This document shows, in pieces, positions 11,359-24,449 of a stretch of DNA of 50,414 nt; positions within the stretch are counted from its first letter, which is position 1, and each line of letters begins with the position of its first letter. Source of the stretch: Nemertoderma westbladi (taxonomy: Eukaryota; Animalia; Xenacoelomorpha); NCBI GenBank assembly GCA_032718475.1, contig JAUCBJ010008676.1, positions 1-50,414 of the forward strand, read 5' to 3'. Position numbers and translations under genes: made by a program. The notes under the pieces are model-generated. The model was not told where the DNA came from and searched no databases. It worked only from the letters and a program-made list of their open reading frames with translations.

Positions 11359-13052
11359 CTATTTCTTTCTCTGATACGCCTTTCGTCTCTTCGCCCGTCG
11401 ACTCTCATCGATCGCTATGGCTGGTAGAGGAGCGTCAACATCCATCGTGAATAACGCTTCGGCTTGTCTCCTGGCGGCTCTTCCTTTCGATGGCATAGGG
11501 ATCATGTCGGTTCGTCTTTCCAACTCAGATTTGCGTGCCTCTAGGAACCATTCTCCGTCACCGAACTCCTCTTTATACGAGTATAATCGTCTAATGACTT
11601 CAAATGGACCGAATAATCCGGCGCTCAGTAGCAGATCCACGTAATGGAAAGGTAGCGTGGCCGACGTGTGGAGGCGTTCCGGGAAGGAGAAATACCCGCA
11701 CGTCATCTCCTGCGCAATATTCCGAGCGTTTCTCCGAATCTTGGTCTTTAAGTGGCTGTTTGCGTATGTCTCAAACATGACCATATTTCCCATAGCGGTA
11801 ACGTCTTTGGTTGGACATTTGATATAGCAGCGGGGGCTAGAGGAATGTCCACGGAAACCGCACGTGGTGCAGAGGTTATATAGGATCGGACAGACGGAAA
11901 CGTCGTGGCCCGAAGTCGCGCAGTATGGGCAATAGAGTATCCCGAGGAGCTGGAGGCAAGAATCGGTAACCCGATTCCTTGTACCGCGTGGGCACTGCTC
12001 CGAACCACAGTCGCCGCATACCTCCAACTGCATCTCTCGACCAGGAAATATCGGAATCGGGACGCCGACGTGATACTCGAGTCGTCGGTCGCTCTTCGGA
12101 ATATTCGCGGTGGTCGGTAGCCCGTGGAATGCTAGGCTTTTGCGTAGTAGGTTCTCGCTCCGATAACCTTCTTTGTATCCCGCTGGTCTCAACTCGGATG
12201 ACCGTTTCTGGCGGTGGATCCATTCAGTTTGCTCGGCGTACCAACGGGTTAGTCGCATAGGGTCCTGAGGAACGGCGGGTGTAGTAGCCACCGCTGGTCG
12301 GCGAAGAGGTGCCGGGGTTTTAGACGGAGGGATACCAAGGAGATCGTCGGGGGTCGGCGCATCGCTGGGGCCCTCCTCGACCAGTATCACTGAGCGGGTC
12401 CGTTGGTGGCTGGTACTCGGAATCTCCGACGACCAATCTTCGCCACCCGGGAAAGGATACGGGGATAACCGTTGGCATATGTCGCCGAAGTCGCTCAATG
12501 CAGCTGTAGTGGCTACCTCCCTCGCGGGGCTACCGGAGCCGCGTGAGGTGTAAACGCCTGCCGAGGCAACCCGTTTGGCGGCCGGTCCATACGCGGCCTC
12601 CGGCTCGAGTTGTCGTTTCGGGGTGGAGAGTAGAACACCCTCGTTTAGCCATATCTCTTCCCCTTCCGAAGAGATCAGAGGCTCCTCCGCACCGAGAAGT
12701 TCGGTAATCGTAGGGATGTCGTAAGGCCCGCTCTCGTCCCAGGAATCGATAACGGCGAGCGTTTTGGTCTCTCCCGGTGCGATGTTCTCGACCGCTTTGA
12801 ACGCGTGGTGTATGACCTCGTTCCAGTCGTAGTCGACGAAGGAAAGGGGGACCGCCGTAATAAGGTTATCGAGAGTTTTACAGATAAACTTAGCGACGGT
12901 GTAGCACTCCATAACCACGTAAATGTAGTTCCGTCGATCGGGATTCTCCCACCTTTGGTGTATCGTCCACTTCCGATCAACGTCCTTCCATCTACCCTCT
13001 TGCTCGCTCTTTATTTCTAATCCCGGGTATCCACCGTATATTTTATTATAGT
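11359..13052 (-). pseudogene. 3' part of the interrupted accessory ORF: exonuclease motif III region, low-complexity linker, Cys cluster with CCHC knuckles, basic tail
   Basis: Frame is open from the TSD into ORF 11359..12918; contains QRWENPDRRNYIYVVMEC, CGDCGSEQC, CPYCATSGHDVSVC (CX2CX4HX4C), CTTCGFRGHSSSPRC and RRAKRRKAYQRKK. Confidence 0.8.
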
Positions 13053-13057
13053 CCCGG

Positions 13058-14272
13058 TGTAAAAGCTTTTACTGAATTGTCCGGTTATTTTTCCTTATTT
13101 TTCCCGTAAAGTACTCTGTAGTTGGTTTACCAGGCATAAAAAGGCCGTGTCCTTGCTGTACTGGTGTTTTAGCGGACATAAGAGCTATTTCTTCTGTATT
13201 TGTACTTTAGAGGACATAATCCGTAATTCCGTGACGTAAAAGCTCGATACTCTTGAAAACAGTGTCGCTACCATGACGACAGCTAGCAGCTGATATTGCC
13301 ACGTCGACGTTTCTTTGTTTCTCTGTTCTCTCGTTGTTCAGGTTGACCAATCAGAGCGTTTGTTGTCTTTGTGTTGGAGGTATATACAGAAACTCAGTAG
13401 TTCAGTGTTATGTTTTTTGCCCAGAGCCTAAGAACCGGCTTTGGCACCTCCGTGTTTTCAGTTTTTAGTCTTACACTAGTAGGTTTAATTATAAAGGGCA
13501 TATATCCTTTAACTACCTGACTCATGGAATCACTGCTGACTGATCATACATACTGACTGCTGAAACATTGCAAACTCATAACAATCAGTGTTTTCATTGT
13601 TGTTTTATACTGCTATTTACTGTCAGTTCTTCATAACATGGTTGATGAATTATTATATTTGGAATAACGATAAATAACCCCGAAACCCAATATTCTTGAT
13701 ATACCGAAGGTAAGAGAGAAGGGTTACAGATAAACGATTGTGACTTATGTTAAAGTGGTTTGAAGTGAATCTAATGTTATTTGATAGACCCTACATGAGT
13801 CAGTCTGTGTTCCTTTTATATGTGACTAAAATCAGTGAAGATTGGCAAATTAGTGTGCAGTATTGTGCAGCATTGTGTATGAGTGAGTCTGTTAAAGAAG
13901 CATTCCTAAAGAATGCGCCATATATGTGAATTATAATTGAGCCATATCGTTGTGAGTAGTTTAAGTCATAACTCTGTTTATATAGATAAAGCGCCACGTC
14001 CTAAAGGAACTGTTAATATTCCCGAAGGTAAATAATATTGTCAGAGATTATATAATACTGTCAGTCGAATAATACATTAGGCTTACATAGCAACAAAATT
14101 AAACCGTCGAACCCAATCTCCCGGGAATATCCAGCGGGTGAATGGTCGCGCACGGATTGGTTTCGACTAGTGTAGTGAATCAGATACTTGTCATAGGCTA
14201 AAAAGCGATTTAATATCTAGAAGACATCTTAATTTGGCGGGTTAAACTGCCAAAGGTCTAAAAGCGCGAACA
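13058..14272 (+). repeat. 5' LTR of the nested element
   Basis: TGTAAAAGC...GCGCGAACA; same length as 24450-25664, with no differences seen in the parts compared by eye. Confidence 0.95.
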
Positions 14273-14606
14273 TTAAAGGATATAGCTTCTTTGTTGCAGT
14301 AAGCAATAAAGTTGAAAGTACCGGTCAACCGGTAAACCTGAAAGGTACATCTGTAGGTCAGTAGGCCCAACCGCTAGAACCGGTACTTCTGTAGGTCCGA
14401 TAGGCCTAGCTGTCCCAACCGGTACTTCAGTATAAGTACACTAGTATTATTCGATTTGATTGTTGCATACCGGTAGGCTGTTTAAGGGATTAGGGATTGA
14501 TCACCCCTTATACCTTTATATGGTTTACTTATTTCTGTCAAGTTTTATTTATTTGTAGGCCAGTATTGAACAGAAGGCGTGTAAGCCTGATCAGATAGTA
14601 CAGACG

Positions 14607-15182
14607 ATTTGTAGGCTGAGCTGTTGTCTGATTGCTGTTAAGTCCGAACGAATTGCAGTGTGTGTAGATCACCTGTCCGATTAAGTACGATTAGGCAGTA
14701 GGGGCAGCGAACGCTGTAAGGTAATCCCCCAACTAAAGAATAAGTCGCACTACTGGGTTAGAGCGCATACTCCCTAATCATTTCGGAGTCTGCATGTCCT
14801 GTAGTTTATTTAGGCTTGAGAGTAGTCTGCCATCGTTTAGTCTGTACTTTGTTTGTGTAAGTCTGTACGGGTAGCGTATAATTTTATTTAGATAATTTGT
14901 AGGCTGGATAGTTGTCTGGCTGTTATTAGGTCTGAACGGATTGCCGCGTGTGTAGATCATCTGTCCGATTAAGTACGGTTAGGCAGTAGGGGCAGCGAAC
15001 GCTGTAAGGTAAACCCCCAACTAAAGAATAAGTCGCACTACTGGGTTAGAGCGCATACTCCCTAATCATTTCGGAGTCTGCATATACCGTAGTTTGTTTA
15101 GGCTTGATAGTAGTCTGTCAGTGTTCGGTCTGTATTTTGTTTGAGTAGTTTGTACGCGTAGCGTAATATTTATTATTCAGAG
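14607..15182 (+). repeat. 288-bp tandem dimer in the 5' leader of the nested element
   Basis: ATTTGTAGGCTG at 14607 and 14895; TGTGTAGATC at 14661 and 14949; near-identical ~140-bp core. Confidence 0.85.
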
Positions 15183-16494
15183 TTTATGCGATTATCCGCA
15201 ACATTCATTCCCCAAGTTTGTTCCTACAGTAATTGTGTTTGTTATACATACCGCTATAGTTAAATTAACCCCGGTACTACACGGGCTGCTCGGCGTAGGT
15301 AAAGACTGGTGATTTTGTGCATCGGTCACTCCAGCAGATGCCGTGGTTCTTTTAGCTGTTCAAGTATATTTAACTACTGATTATCTGTTGTACAAGTACT
15401 TGTACCTAATTTAGGGTTTAGTGTACAGTGCTTTCCGAAGTAATTATTGTAGGCATTATATCTGTGTTGTAAAGTGGTTGATAGGCACATTCGATTAGCT
15501 CTATTAACTTCTAGGTAGGAACACTCCGTGATACATAACGTAGAACCTATAGCGATACGGCTATAGGTCGTCAGGCGGTGGTATTTTCCTATCTAGACAA
15601 CTCAGTGTATTTACTACTACTTATTATTTCAAATACCGTAGTACCCTGTCCGTTGTAATAACCGGTTATCTAACCCTTTGTTAGGCTGGTTTGTAGACTT
15701 CTTGTAAAATTACCCTAAAAAATTCGTATTTTGTGTTTTTGTAAATTTTGTGTTTATTTAGAGATTGTAATCTCACCCGAATTGTACGTAATTTGTAGTA
15801 TTAAGTAACTTAGGTAAATTAGAATTATTTGTTTTAGTGTCCTATACGTAACACTTCACTAAAAGCGCACCGCTTTGTGTAGTGATTACCCCAGAAATAA
15901 TAACATTTATTTCAAACATTGACAAAACCCATTAAAACGGGTATATATATATTATAAATCAAATCTAACGATTTATAAATAGTAGGCCTACCATACAACC
16001 ATTAGGTCCCAATATCAGTTAGATTACTGCTCAAATAACGGTAATAAAGTAAGTAAAGTAACAAAGTAACCCTAAAGTAACAGAAATTCAATTATTTGAA
16101 ATAATTGATATACCGGTATTTACGATAGGCCTATTATCTTTATTTCTATAAATCTAGGCTGAAATTATACCGGTACTTGTAATTAATTCTATTTCAGAAT
16201 TATATATCCTACAAACTGTAAGCTGTATACCGGTATTCCAGATAGGCCTATTATATATTTATATATATTTGTGCTAAAATTATACCGGTATTCTGTGATA
16301 AACCTAGTCTGTAATAATACTTATATAGTTATATATACTATAAGTATACCGGTATTCTAATATATTATATATATATCACGATACACTGAGTAGCAGTAAC
16401 GGTAATTAATTACTAGGCTAGCAGTTCATACTGAGTTACTAGACTTGCTTAGACTGTAATATAGCAGTAGGCATTCAACTGTACATACCTAGTC

Positions 16495-19400
16495 ATGTCT
16501 GATACTAAGCAGAACCTGTCAGACAGTTTATTAGATGTAACTATCTGCGACTCAGATAGAGACGTACAAACGTCTGGTCGTAAATCCAGTTCACCCCCCA
16601 CTGTGAGGAAGGTCATCCCTCCAGTAGTAATAACAGAACCTAGGCTGGTCCAACATCGTAGGTCTATCATAGGCACTCGAGCTCAGGTCAAGCGGGACCA
16701 AAAGGCAGCGGAACAACAACAACCCACTAGTCAAGAACTTATTCCTCAGCGGCCCAGCAGCTCCAGTAGTGAGGATACTGTAGAGCTGACACCCGATCGC
16801 GGAGCAGAGATGACGGATGCGGTTTATACGGATCCCCTTCTCATCCTTCCTGCAGCCGTGCTCGCTGAGTTATTGATCGCGGTGGAAGAACACCAGATCG
16901 ATTGGGCGAGAAGTCAACGGTCAACTAGAGATAGCTACGCGGGATACACTAGTGAAGAACTGAAGTCTATTGTCGAGTCGCAATGGAACTTCCCCGGACC
17001 CGGACTCCCGTTTGATTTATCAGAAGCTGCCTGGGAAGACATACACCGGATGGGAGTAGCCAAGGAAACCATCGATCCAGCTGTATGGAAGAGGTCCGCA
17101 GCCGGATACGCCCAGGGATTCTTCAGCTCTATGGAGCGAGTAGAGAGACAACTGTTTCAACAACCTCAAGGACCTCAAGAGCAGGGATCGCTGCTTTATC
17201 AAGTTAGAGAAAGAGTTTTGCGGATTAGGCTAATCTTATCCGCCTTTGAGGAGGCTTCTAAAAGAAAACAAGACACGTCGTTGCAAGTTGCCGTAAAGAC
17301 TTGGTTTCAAAGGGTGAGTCGCCAGGTTCAAGGAGCAGCTCAGTGGAAAGCTCAGTTGGAGGAGCGCTCAACCCATGGAGAATCAACAGACGCTACTTTT
17401 TCCCAAGTGGAAAGTGAAGCGACGGCAGAGAAACCGCATAAGAGGGATGCCATTGACATCTATCTGTCAGACTATCAACGTTTTGTAGGTGATGAAGAGT
17501 TGCGGAGAAGACTAGAGGGACTTAGCCCTAATAGTGAAGGAGCACAGCGTGTGCTTGACGCTATCGACGTGGATAGGTTAGCGGCTAATCAAGCTAAATT
17601 CGATGAACAACTCCGCGTCGTTAAGGTTCAAGAAGAACAAGTAAAGAAAAAACGTATAGAAGATAGAAAGAAAGCGGCAGAGGCAGCGGCAGAGGCAGCG
17701 GCCGAGGCAAAAGCGGCAGCGGCAGAGGCAAAGGCGGCAGCTGCAGCAGTAGAAGCCGAAAGAAAGATAGCAATGGCAGAAGCAGAACGGAGGGCATCTG
17801 AAGAGACAACCCAACTAGAGTTGGAAAATCTTCAAGAGAGGCAAGATAAATTTAATAAACAGTTAACAGCTAGTAATATGCAGATGATGAATCGATCTAC
17901 TCCTAAACGACAAGGTTATACATCATCCGAGGAAGGCGATACCACCGACACTGAAGGCGGAGTAAATCGATCCCGCTTAAGCAGACGTAAAAGAACATTC
18001 CACCGACAGAAATTGCCTGATTTGCCTCCAGCTGTTAGAAGGCAACTAAATAACAGCAACTTAGAGAGTACAGAACCCACAGACCAAATAATTACAATAG
18101 AAAGACTCCCTACTATAGTAGATGAGCCTGAAATAAGTAGGCCTGTTCTTGAAATCACCCCTTCGGTAAAAGATACGCCTGAGCTCCCTGAAGCTACCTA
18201 TAAATTCCCTCTGCATAGCACTAAGCTACCTGTGCCCCGTAGAACTGCCCAGGAGACAGTTCAGGTCCTGGACCCCGAGCGAAATATTCCAAATTTGTCG
18301 CCCGTTGTCCCTCGTCTGCCCGCTACGACGTTGGCGGATCCCGTTTCGGCGGTTGATTGGGTGGACGAGAGACGGCGGGGGATGGATATCCTGCTCGGGC
18401 AGATGCAGGAGACTGTCCAACAATTCAAGGGCACAGTAAGGGAAAGTAGGTTAGAGTTGCAAGAAGTGCAGCAAAGTATCGCGCTTGAACGCGATAAATT
18501 AGTAAACACCCAAAAGGGTATACCACCACCCTCTGTAACAATGTGTCAACCTGTTAGGTCTGAAGTATCGCATGCGCAAGGTGTGGAGCCTACACGCATC
18601 TATACTGCTAGCGAAGTAGAAACTCCTATAGTGAACCCTATTAAGGGTAATTATAAACCTGTTGATAATGATATTCCATATAGAATTGATCATAATCCGA
18701 GAAATTTATATACCGATAACTCGATATTAAATAGCACGATGGCCCAAGAAAGTTTTACGCGTCAAATGGCTAGAACCGAAGCCCGGCAAGCGGTAAAGGT
18801 GGGAGAGATCGTTAAGTTCAATGGAGATGAGATGAAATGGTTACCTTTTAATGAATATTACAAAGATAACATACAAAACTCTGTACTATCTAATGGAGAA
18901 AAACTTAGATACCTCATCGAGTGCTTGGAAGGATCTCCCAAGTTAATGGCGTTAAGGTTTATTGGACATCCAGACGGATTAAGACAAGTTTGGGATACAC
19001 TAAACATCAGGTATGGTAATAGGAATAACATAGCTGGGTATTTGTATGCAAAGTTGGTAGCGCCCCGAAAGTTTATTAGCAGCGGGATTATAGAGTTTTC
19101 CGATGAAATTCAGGAGATCTGCAGACAATTAGATTGGCTAGGTAAGTCTCATGAGTATCAGAGTGCTATGGTTATTAGAGCAGTGGCTTCTGCTTTACCG
19201 AAGGGTGGAGTAGGTACACGCTGGGATAGGAAAGTGTTATATATGATGGAACAACAACGACGAGACCCTACCATGGCTGATCTCATGTCATTCTTAGATG
19301 GAGAAGTGAAATTACAGCTCCTAAGGCAGTCTAGAGAGAAGACATTGGAAAACAAGGTAAGTGAGAAACCCGTTTCTAGGAGAAGGGTAACACCAGTATG

Positions 19401-21387
19401 TTATACCGACGACGGTGAAAGCCAAACTTCTCAAGGAGAGGACAGCGGGAAAGACACTGACAGATCTTATGTCAATAAAATGCCTAAAGATCAGGTAAGT
19501 AAATCCGAGTCTCGACACAATGACAGAAGGGAACCGGTACAAAAAACCCTTCCTACGTCTCCTAAAAGAATTCAGGTGAGAAAGCCCGAGGAAAGAACAA
19601 GTGTGCACCACATAGCACAGGTTAAAGTAAGTAACATCAAGCCGAAATGTGTGCTGTGCGACGGGCCCCACCGTTTAAATGCGTGTGATAAATTCCTGAG
19701 GAAATCACTAAAGGATAGACGTGAAGTCATGTGGGATAAGCGGTTGTGTTATAATTGCCTCAGACGAGGACACCAACGGCGAAACTGTAACTCCGACGCA
19801 AGGTGTGCAAAGTGCGGCGCAAAACATCATATCTTGTTGCACACGGAATTCGAACGAAACAGCCCGAGTCAGGTAAGTGAGTCCGAACTACATGTCCAAT
19901 TCAGTGATGTGAACGACACTGATCAATCTGAGATGGAAGGATTCTATACGGACGAGTTCTCCGACCAAAACGAATCCTGTTACCTAATAAACACCACCGC
20001 AGTGTATCGAGCACTCGTGTATGAGAAAGACACAGACAGCGACCTTGCCTTAACTACTTCCGATCAACAACCATCTTGGAAAGCGCCAACTTCCAATATA
20101 GGAATCCGAGAATTTCCTGTAGTCCAGTTACGGGTCCACGGACCTCAGAAGAGCTATATAGTGAACGCCCTCCTGGACTCCGGTAGCACAGGAACATTCA
20201 TCGATAGGGAACTAGCCGAAGTCATCTTTGCTGGACAACCCAAGTTCCGAACCAAGCTAAACATGTCAGGGATCATGCAGGTTTGGAATTCTACTGTAGC
20301 TGCCGACTATTATATAGGTGAGTTGTCCACCCCCCAGGACGAACTAGGAGAACATAGCATCAGGTCAGTGAAAATGGTGGCTATAAAGAACTTTGCTACT
20401 ACTCAAGCAGACCTTTATAATTGGGACGAGGATGAGAGCATCCAACATCTTAACATACCTCGATTCCAGACTGATTATCCTGGAGTGCAAATACTCATCG
20501 GCCAAAACGCGCATGAGGCGCTGGAGACATTAGAGAAACGGCCTGCTCAACCGCAGCCACTACAGACCTATGCGGTAAGAACTAGAGTAGGTTGGTACCT
20601 TACTGGACCTTCCGGTAGAACGCTCAGGGAAAGACTGCTTCAAGATCGCGTCTGCCAGGTGAGTGAATGGGAAGATGATACTAGTGAGGGAGACGACCCA
20701 ACTGAGGGAACACCACACTCCTCAGATAATGACAATCTTAGCTCCAATGTAGATCAATGGAGATATTGCCCCAAGAAGTTTAATCCAACGGACATCGCTT
20801 CCAGAGGAGCAACTCCTCAAGAACTGACAGATACTATAGACCGGTTAGGTGAACCCGACTTCCTGAGTAAGGAGAATGAATGGCCTCCCCATCTTACTCC
20901 GACTGAGATTAGACCAGCCAAGGGAGCGGAGAAAGTCGAACCTGAAACCCGGACGGGTGGATCGGAGTTATTTGAACCCGGGATAGATCTGTCGGTATTA
21001 CATATTGCCAGGGACGACGCCGTGGATCTGGACCTCCCCACCGCGAGTGGATCCTTCATGAAGATCAGAGAGAGCGATTGGAGCTCTGGAACATCAGACG
21101 TCTCGCAGGGACTCTCACCTCTCCTGCAGGGAGCGACGGACCACTATAGCTCCTGGAATCGGCTTTGTAAGGCCGTCGTGTACCTAGAGCGATGTCTCTA
21201 TCGTCACTATTCCAGGACGAAGAGGAAACCTGGAATTGTATTCGGGATGCAGCGACTCAATCACCCAGTCGGTCGTTTGTGTTTACCGGAAGGGAATGGA
21301 GGACTCTCCGGAAACTGTGGAAGGCAAGATTCTCTTCCCACGACCACCTCCCTAATCCTTCAAACATCTAGGGACTCCATAACGTAG
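16495..21387 (+). CDS. BEL/Pao Gag-protease polyprotein with RT, most of RNase H and integrase missing
   Basis: DUF1759-like KFNGDEMKWLPF...EKLRYLIECLEG...LNIRYG; triple knuckle CVLCDGPHRLNAC / CYNCLRRGHQRRNC / CAKCGAKHHILLH; protease ALLDSGS, ILIGQN, TRVGWYLTGP; then directly QWRYCPKKFNPTDIASRG. No YxDD RT motif and no integrase motifs. Confidence 0.92.
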   Translation: MSDTKQNLSDSLLDVTICDSDRDVQTSGRKSSSPPTVRKVIPPVVITEPRLVQHRRSIIGTRAQVKRDQKAAEQQQPTSQELIPQRPSSSSSEDTVELTPDRGAEMTDAVYTDPLLILPAAVLAELLIAVEEHQIDWARSQRSTRDSYAGYTSEELKSIVESQWNFPGPGLPFDLSEAAWEDIHRMGVAKETIDPAVWKRSAAGYAQGFFSSMERVERQLFQQPQGPQEQGSLLYQVRERVLRIRLILSAFEEASKRKQDTSLQVAVKTWFQRVSRQVQGAAQWKAQLEERSTHGESTDATFSQVESEATAEKPHKRDAIDIYLSDYQRFVGDEELRRRLEGLSPNSEGAQRVLDAIDVDRLAANQAKFDEQLRVVKVQEEQVKKKRIEDRKKAAEAAAEAAAEAKAAAAEAKAAAAAVEAERKIAMAEAERRASEETTQLELENLQERQDKFNKQLTASNMQMMNRSTPKRQGYTSSEEGDTTDTEGGVNRSRLSRRKRTFHRQKLPDLPPAVRRQLNNSNLESTEPTDQIITIERLPTIVDEPEISRPVLEITPSVKDTPELPEATYKFPLHSTKLPVPRRTAQETVQVLDPERNIPNLSPVVPRLPATTLADPVSAVDWVDERRRGMDILLGQMQETVQQFKGTVRESRLELQEVQQSIALERDKLVNTQKGIPPPSVTMCQPVRSEVSHAQGVEPTRIYTASEVETPIVNPIKGNYKPVDNDIPYRIDHNPRNLYTDNSILNSTMAQESFTRQMARTEARQAVKVGEIVKFNGDEMKWLPFNEYYKDNIQNSVLSNGEKLRYLIECLEGSPKLMALRFIGHPDGLRQVWDTLNIRYGNRNNIAGYLYAKLVAPRKFISSGIIEFSDEIQEICRQLDWLGKSHEYQSAMVIRAVASALPKGGVGTRWDRKVLYMMEQQRRDPTMADLMSFLDGEVKLQLLRQSREKTLENKVSEKPVSRRRVTPVCYTDDGESQTSQGEDSGKDTDRSYVNKMPKDQVSKSESRHNDRREPVQKTLPTSPKRIQVRKPEERTSVHHIAQVKVSNIKPKCVLCDGPHRLNACDKFLRKSLKDRREVMWDKRLCYNCLRRGHQRRNCNSDARCAKCGAKHHILLHTEFERNSPSQVSESELHVQFSDVNDTDQSEMEGFYTDEFSDQNESCYLINTTAVYRALVYEKDTDSDLALTTSDQQPSWKAPTSNIGIREFPVVQLRVHGPQKSYIVNALLDSGSTGTFIDRELAEVIFAGQPKFRTKLNMSGIMQVWNSTVAADYYIGELSTPQDELGEHSIRSVKMVAIKNFATTQADLYNWDEDESIQHLNIPRFQTDYPGVQILIGQNAHEALETLEKRPAQPQPLQTYAVRTRVGWYLTGPSGRTLRERLLQDRVCQVSEWEDDTSEGDDPTEGTPHSSDNDNLSSNVDQWRYCPKKFNPTDIASRGATPQELTDTIDRLGEPDFLSKENEWPPHLTPTEIRPAKGAEKVEPETRTGGSELFEPGIDLSVLHIARDDAVDLDLPTASGSFMKIRESDWSSGTSDVSQGLSPLLQGATDHYSSWNRLCKAVVYLERCLYRHYSRTKRKPGIVFGMQRLNHPVGRLCLPEGNGGLSGNCGRQDSLPTTTSLILQTSRDSIT

Positions 21388-23012
21388 CAACATATGGAGT
21401 GGGTGTGTGACTCTATTATTTTATATTATATTATTATTTTTATATTTATGTATGTATTACTATGTAATTTTATTATAATCGTTTTATTTAATTTAGTAGA
21501 ATATTATTTAGCGATTATTTTGTAGAATAGTGCAATATATTCGTGTTTATTACGTACGTAATTACTTATATTATATTTAGTGCGACGGCGAGAAATAATT
21601 ATTTTTCTCTTTCCTTACTGCTCGTATTCTATTATAAATACGTAACTACAGTAAGATGAAATGTCCGTACTTATTAAAGTACAATAAAGCCACTACTATA
21701 TTCAAGTATTATTGGTAGGCAGAGTATTAGGAATGCAAAGTTCAGATCCTCGTGTCTCGGCTAAACCAAGCTCTGGGTAGACCTTGGAAACGACTTGCCT
21801 CTTCACACTGACATTGCTTCGTGCGATATTGCTCTCATACCGTATATTAAATAATACATATAGTAGCGTGATGTCCCTTTAACAGTAGCGTATAACGCAA
21901 AATAAATCTGTTAAACCCTTTGACCATCTGTAATTCTAGTCGATTAAGATATCGTGGCACCCACCGATATACTTGAAAGACAAATTCTAGAATCAGTGGT
22001 TAACGTCCCCAGACAAGTTCTGGAATAAATCGGTGCTCATCTCAAATATTAATTATTTAATATTTACAAATCAAATAAGTCAAAATCTGTAAAATTCAGA
22101 TCCTTCAACAATTCTAGTCAATTAAGATATCGTAGCATTTACCGATATTCTTAAAAAGACAATTGTCATAGAATTAAGGATCTTGTGTCCCCAGACATGT
22201 TCTAGAATCAAAATATGTCCATTTAGTTGTCAAATAATCAAATTTCAGGGAATAAATTTAAATTCATGCCTTTTAATGAATTTAATAAATTGCCATTTTT
22301 ACGCAATTTATAAAGTTCCCAAAATTCCATTAATTAATAGATCAAGGGAGCGGAGATTTATCTTATCATGCGTATGAGTGTGTGAAAGTCTCCCAAACAT
22401 AGTCAATAGCCGATAAAATTCATAAAGTCATGTATAAAACAGAACATTGACTATTAAAGAATTACTATTAAATAACATCCCAGATCTGTATGCATTGGAA
22501 TCACCCTAATTCTACCGCTAGCTTTGCATAATGTCACCATAGCAACAACCACGCTAGAATTAGAATTGAGTTAAAAGAACAATAGAAAGCTTGTCCCATT
22601 GAATAGCATAGGGAATAAATAGTGCACTGATAGTATCCAAGGATACATAATAATACAGTGACATTCTGGAAGGCATTGACTAACGGACAAGTGACCCGAG
22701 TGTGTGTAATTTGTGACAAGTTGTGTGTGTGGTACTTGTGAGTTTATAGGCGAATGTTACTACTAAGGTGTGTTTACAGTAGCTAGTCGCAATCGTAAAA
22801 GTAACCTAACTCTCCAAGGAAAACCTGAAGTACATCTAAGCCTTTGGGACGGACAGTCGAGTGACTTGTGCCGGTTGTCGTTGTCGTTGTGCGGCTACGT
22901 CGTTGGCGAAAGTACAGCGGCGACGACACATCGGCGCTGAGGATCTCGTACTGTCCGGGGGTTAATTGGAGTAGGCAGCGACGCTCGCTAGCCTGAATAT
23001 AAACTCCTTATA

Positions 23013-24370
23013 ATGTGGATAAACTCATATATAGCAGACATGATGGAGTTGATAGCAGATGTTCTTGGTATCGGGGAGCGATATACTCTACTTTTGCAAG
23101 CGTTTGTTGATAGCTTAATACGCGGCGACGTTAGTCCAACTGCTGCGGAGGACGATGGTCGTTATATCGAACCGCCAATGTCCCAAGAGCAGCTCGCGCG
23201 CGAGTTGGACTATAGAAAATTCGCTGCTCGATATACGCAGCGTAATGGTACGTATGTGGTCTTCTTAACTACTGGTCATCCTATCGATTTACACAATACG
23301 GACTATGTCGACTATATATCCTGCCCAGCGGAGTCGGAACCATAAACTGAAATTCGAATGCGAAAATTCTATTCGAAATCGACTCGAAAGAAAAGACACT
23401 AAAGAAACAAATGGACGCGGTAACTCCAACGTATATTTGGAATTCTTGATAGAAGCATTGTAACAACAAATAAATATCACCCGCGTTTCCCCTACCAGAC
23501 GTGCGTCTTTGGTATTATTACGATAAATGTCCTAGACCCAGCCAATAAACGGAAAGACATAAACATCCACGGAAACGTCGTGTTAAACACAGTTGTGTTC
23601 GTTATATTTACTGGAGTTTCGAGCGAAACTTGTTTGACGTATCACCTATGCTCACTCGGCTCTAACGATCCTAGAGTAAACCTACGATCAGAGTCCCGGA
23701 ATACTCGGTCAAACCTCCTCATTCCTTAGTTGGACCTCAGACCTGCGATCCTGGTGGTGTCGCGGATCCTCGCGGACGGTATTCACTGTTCAAGATCTAG
23801 TGCTACCCTAACAATTAATCGGTAACACTCCGACAGTGATTTCTAGCTAGCCGCCCATCTTACCTAGCTGGATTATGACGCAGACACCTAATATCATTAT
23901 CCAACCGTATGGTCGTCCCGTTTAACGCGATACAACCCTTCATCAAAGTGAAGGAGAGCGTTGTACGAAACGAGTTAAACGCTATTCTATAAAGATCAAA
24001 AAAGAAACCTGCGTTTGTTCAGATAAACGTAAGTTATAACAGTAAGTCCAATCGATAAACGAATTGTCTTTATCTCAGTTCGATTGTGAAATCCAGAATC
24101 TCTAAGAAGATATCGCACTTAGACAACCCCATTCTCTGCGAGAGTTTTTGGATGAACGTATCCAGCTACGAGCGGAGGAAAATCAGCTCGAGGAGAAGCA
24201 TATCGAAACGGCGGATACCCCGACCACAATCCTACACCTTCTGATGCAATCATATTGCACCCTTCACCCAGGAGTTATGGCCCTCCTAGTAAAGTGGCTC
24301 CCCCCAAAGAGAAAAAGACTCTTGCTAGCCTCAAAAAACTGCGTAAACGCCGTCTGCGTAAGAAAGACTA
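23013..24370 (+). pseudogene. Decayed unknown ORF in the env-like position of the nested element
   Basis: Coding-like composition with ORF fragments 23013..23345 and 24148.. separated by multiple stops; no motif recognised. Confidence 0.4.
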
Positions 24371-24449
24371 ACTGTTTAGAGTATCTTTATGTTTTAGAAA
24401 CTGTGATTTTTATATTTTATAGACTGAAAATCCCATTTTCTGGGAGCGG

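Noticed and set aside
11359-12918. Stand-alone gag gene
   Set aside because: It has CCHC knuckles but lies 3' of pol, lacks BEL capsid motifs and is the in-frame continuation of the exonuclease ORF.
13747-13997. Small duplicated ORFs (also 25139-25389)
   Set aside because: Chance ORFs inside the two LTR copies.
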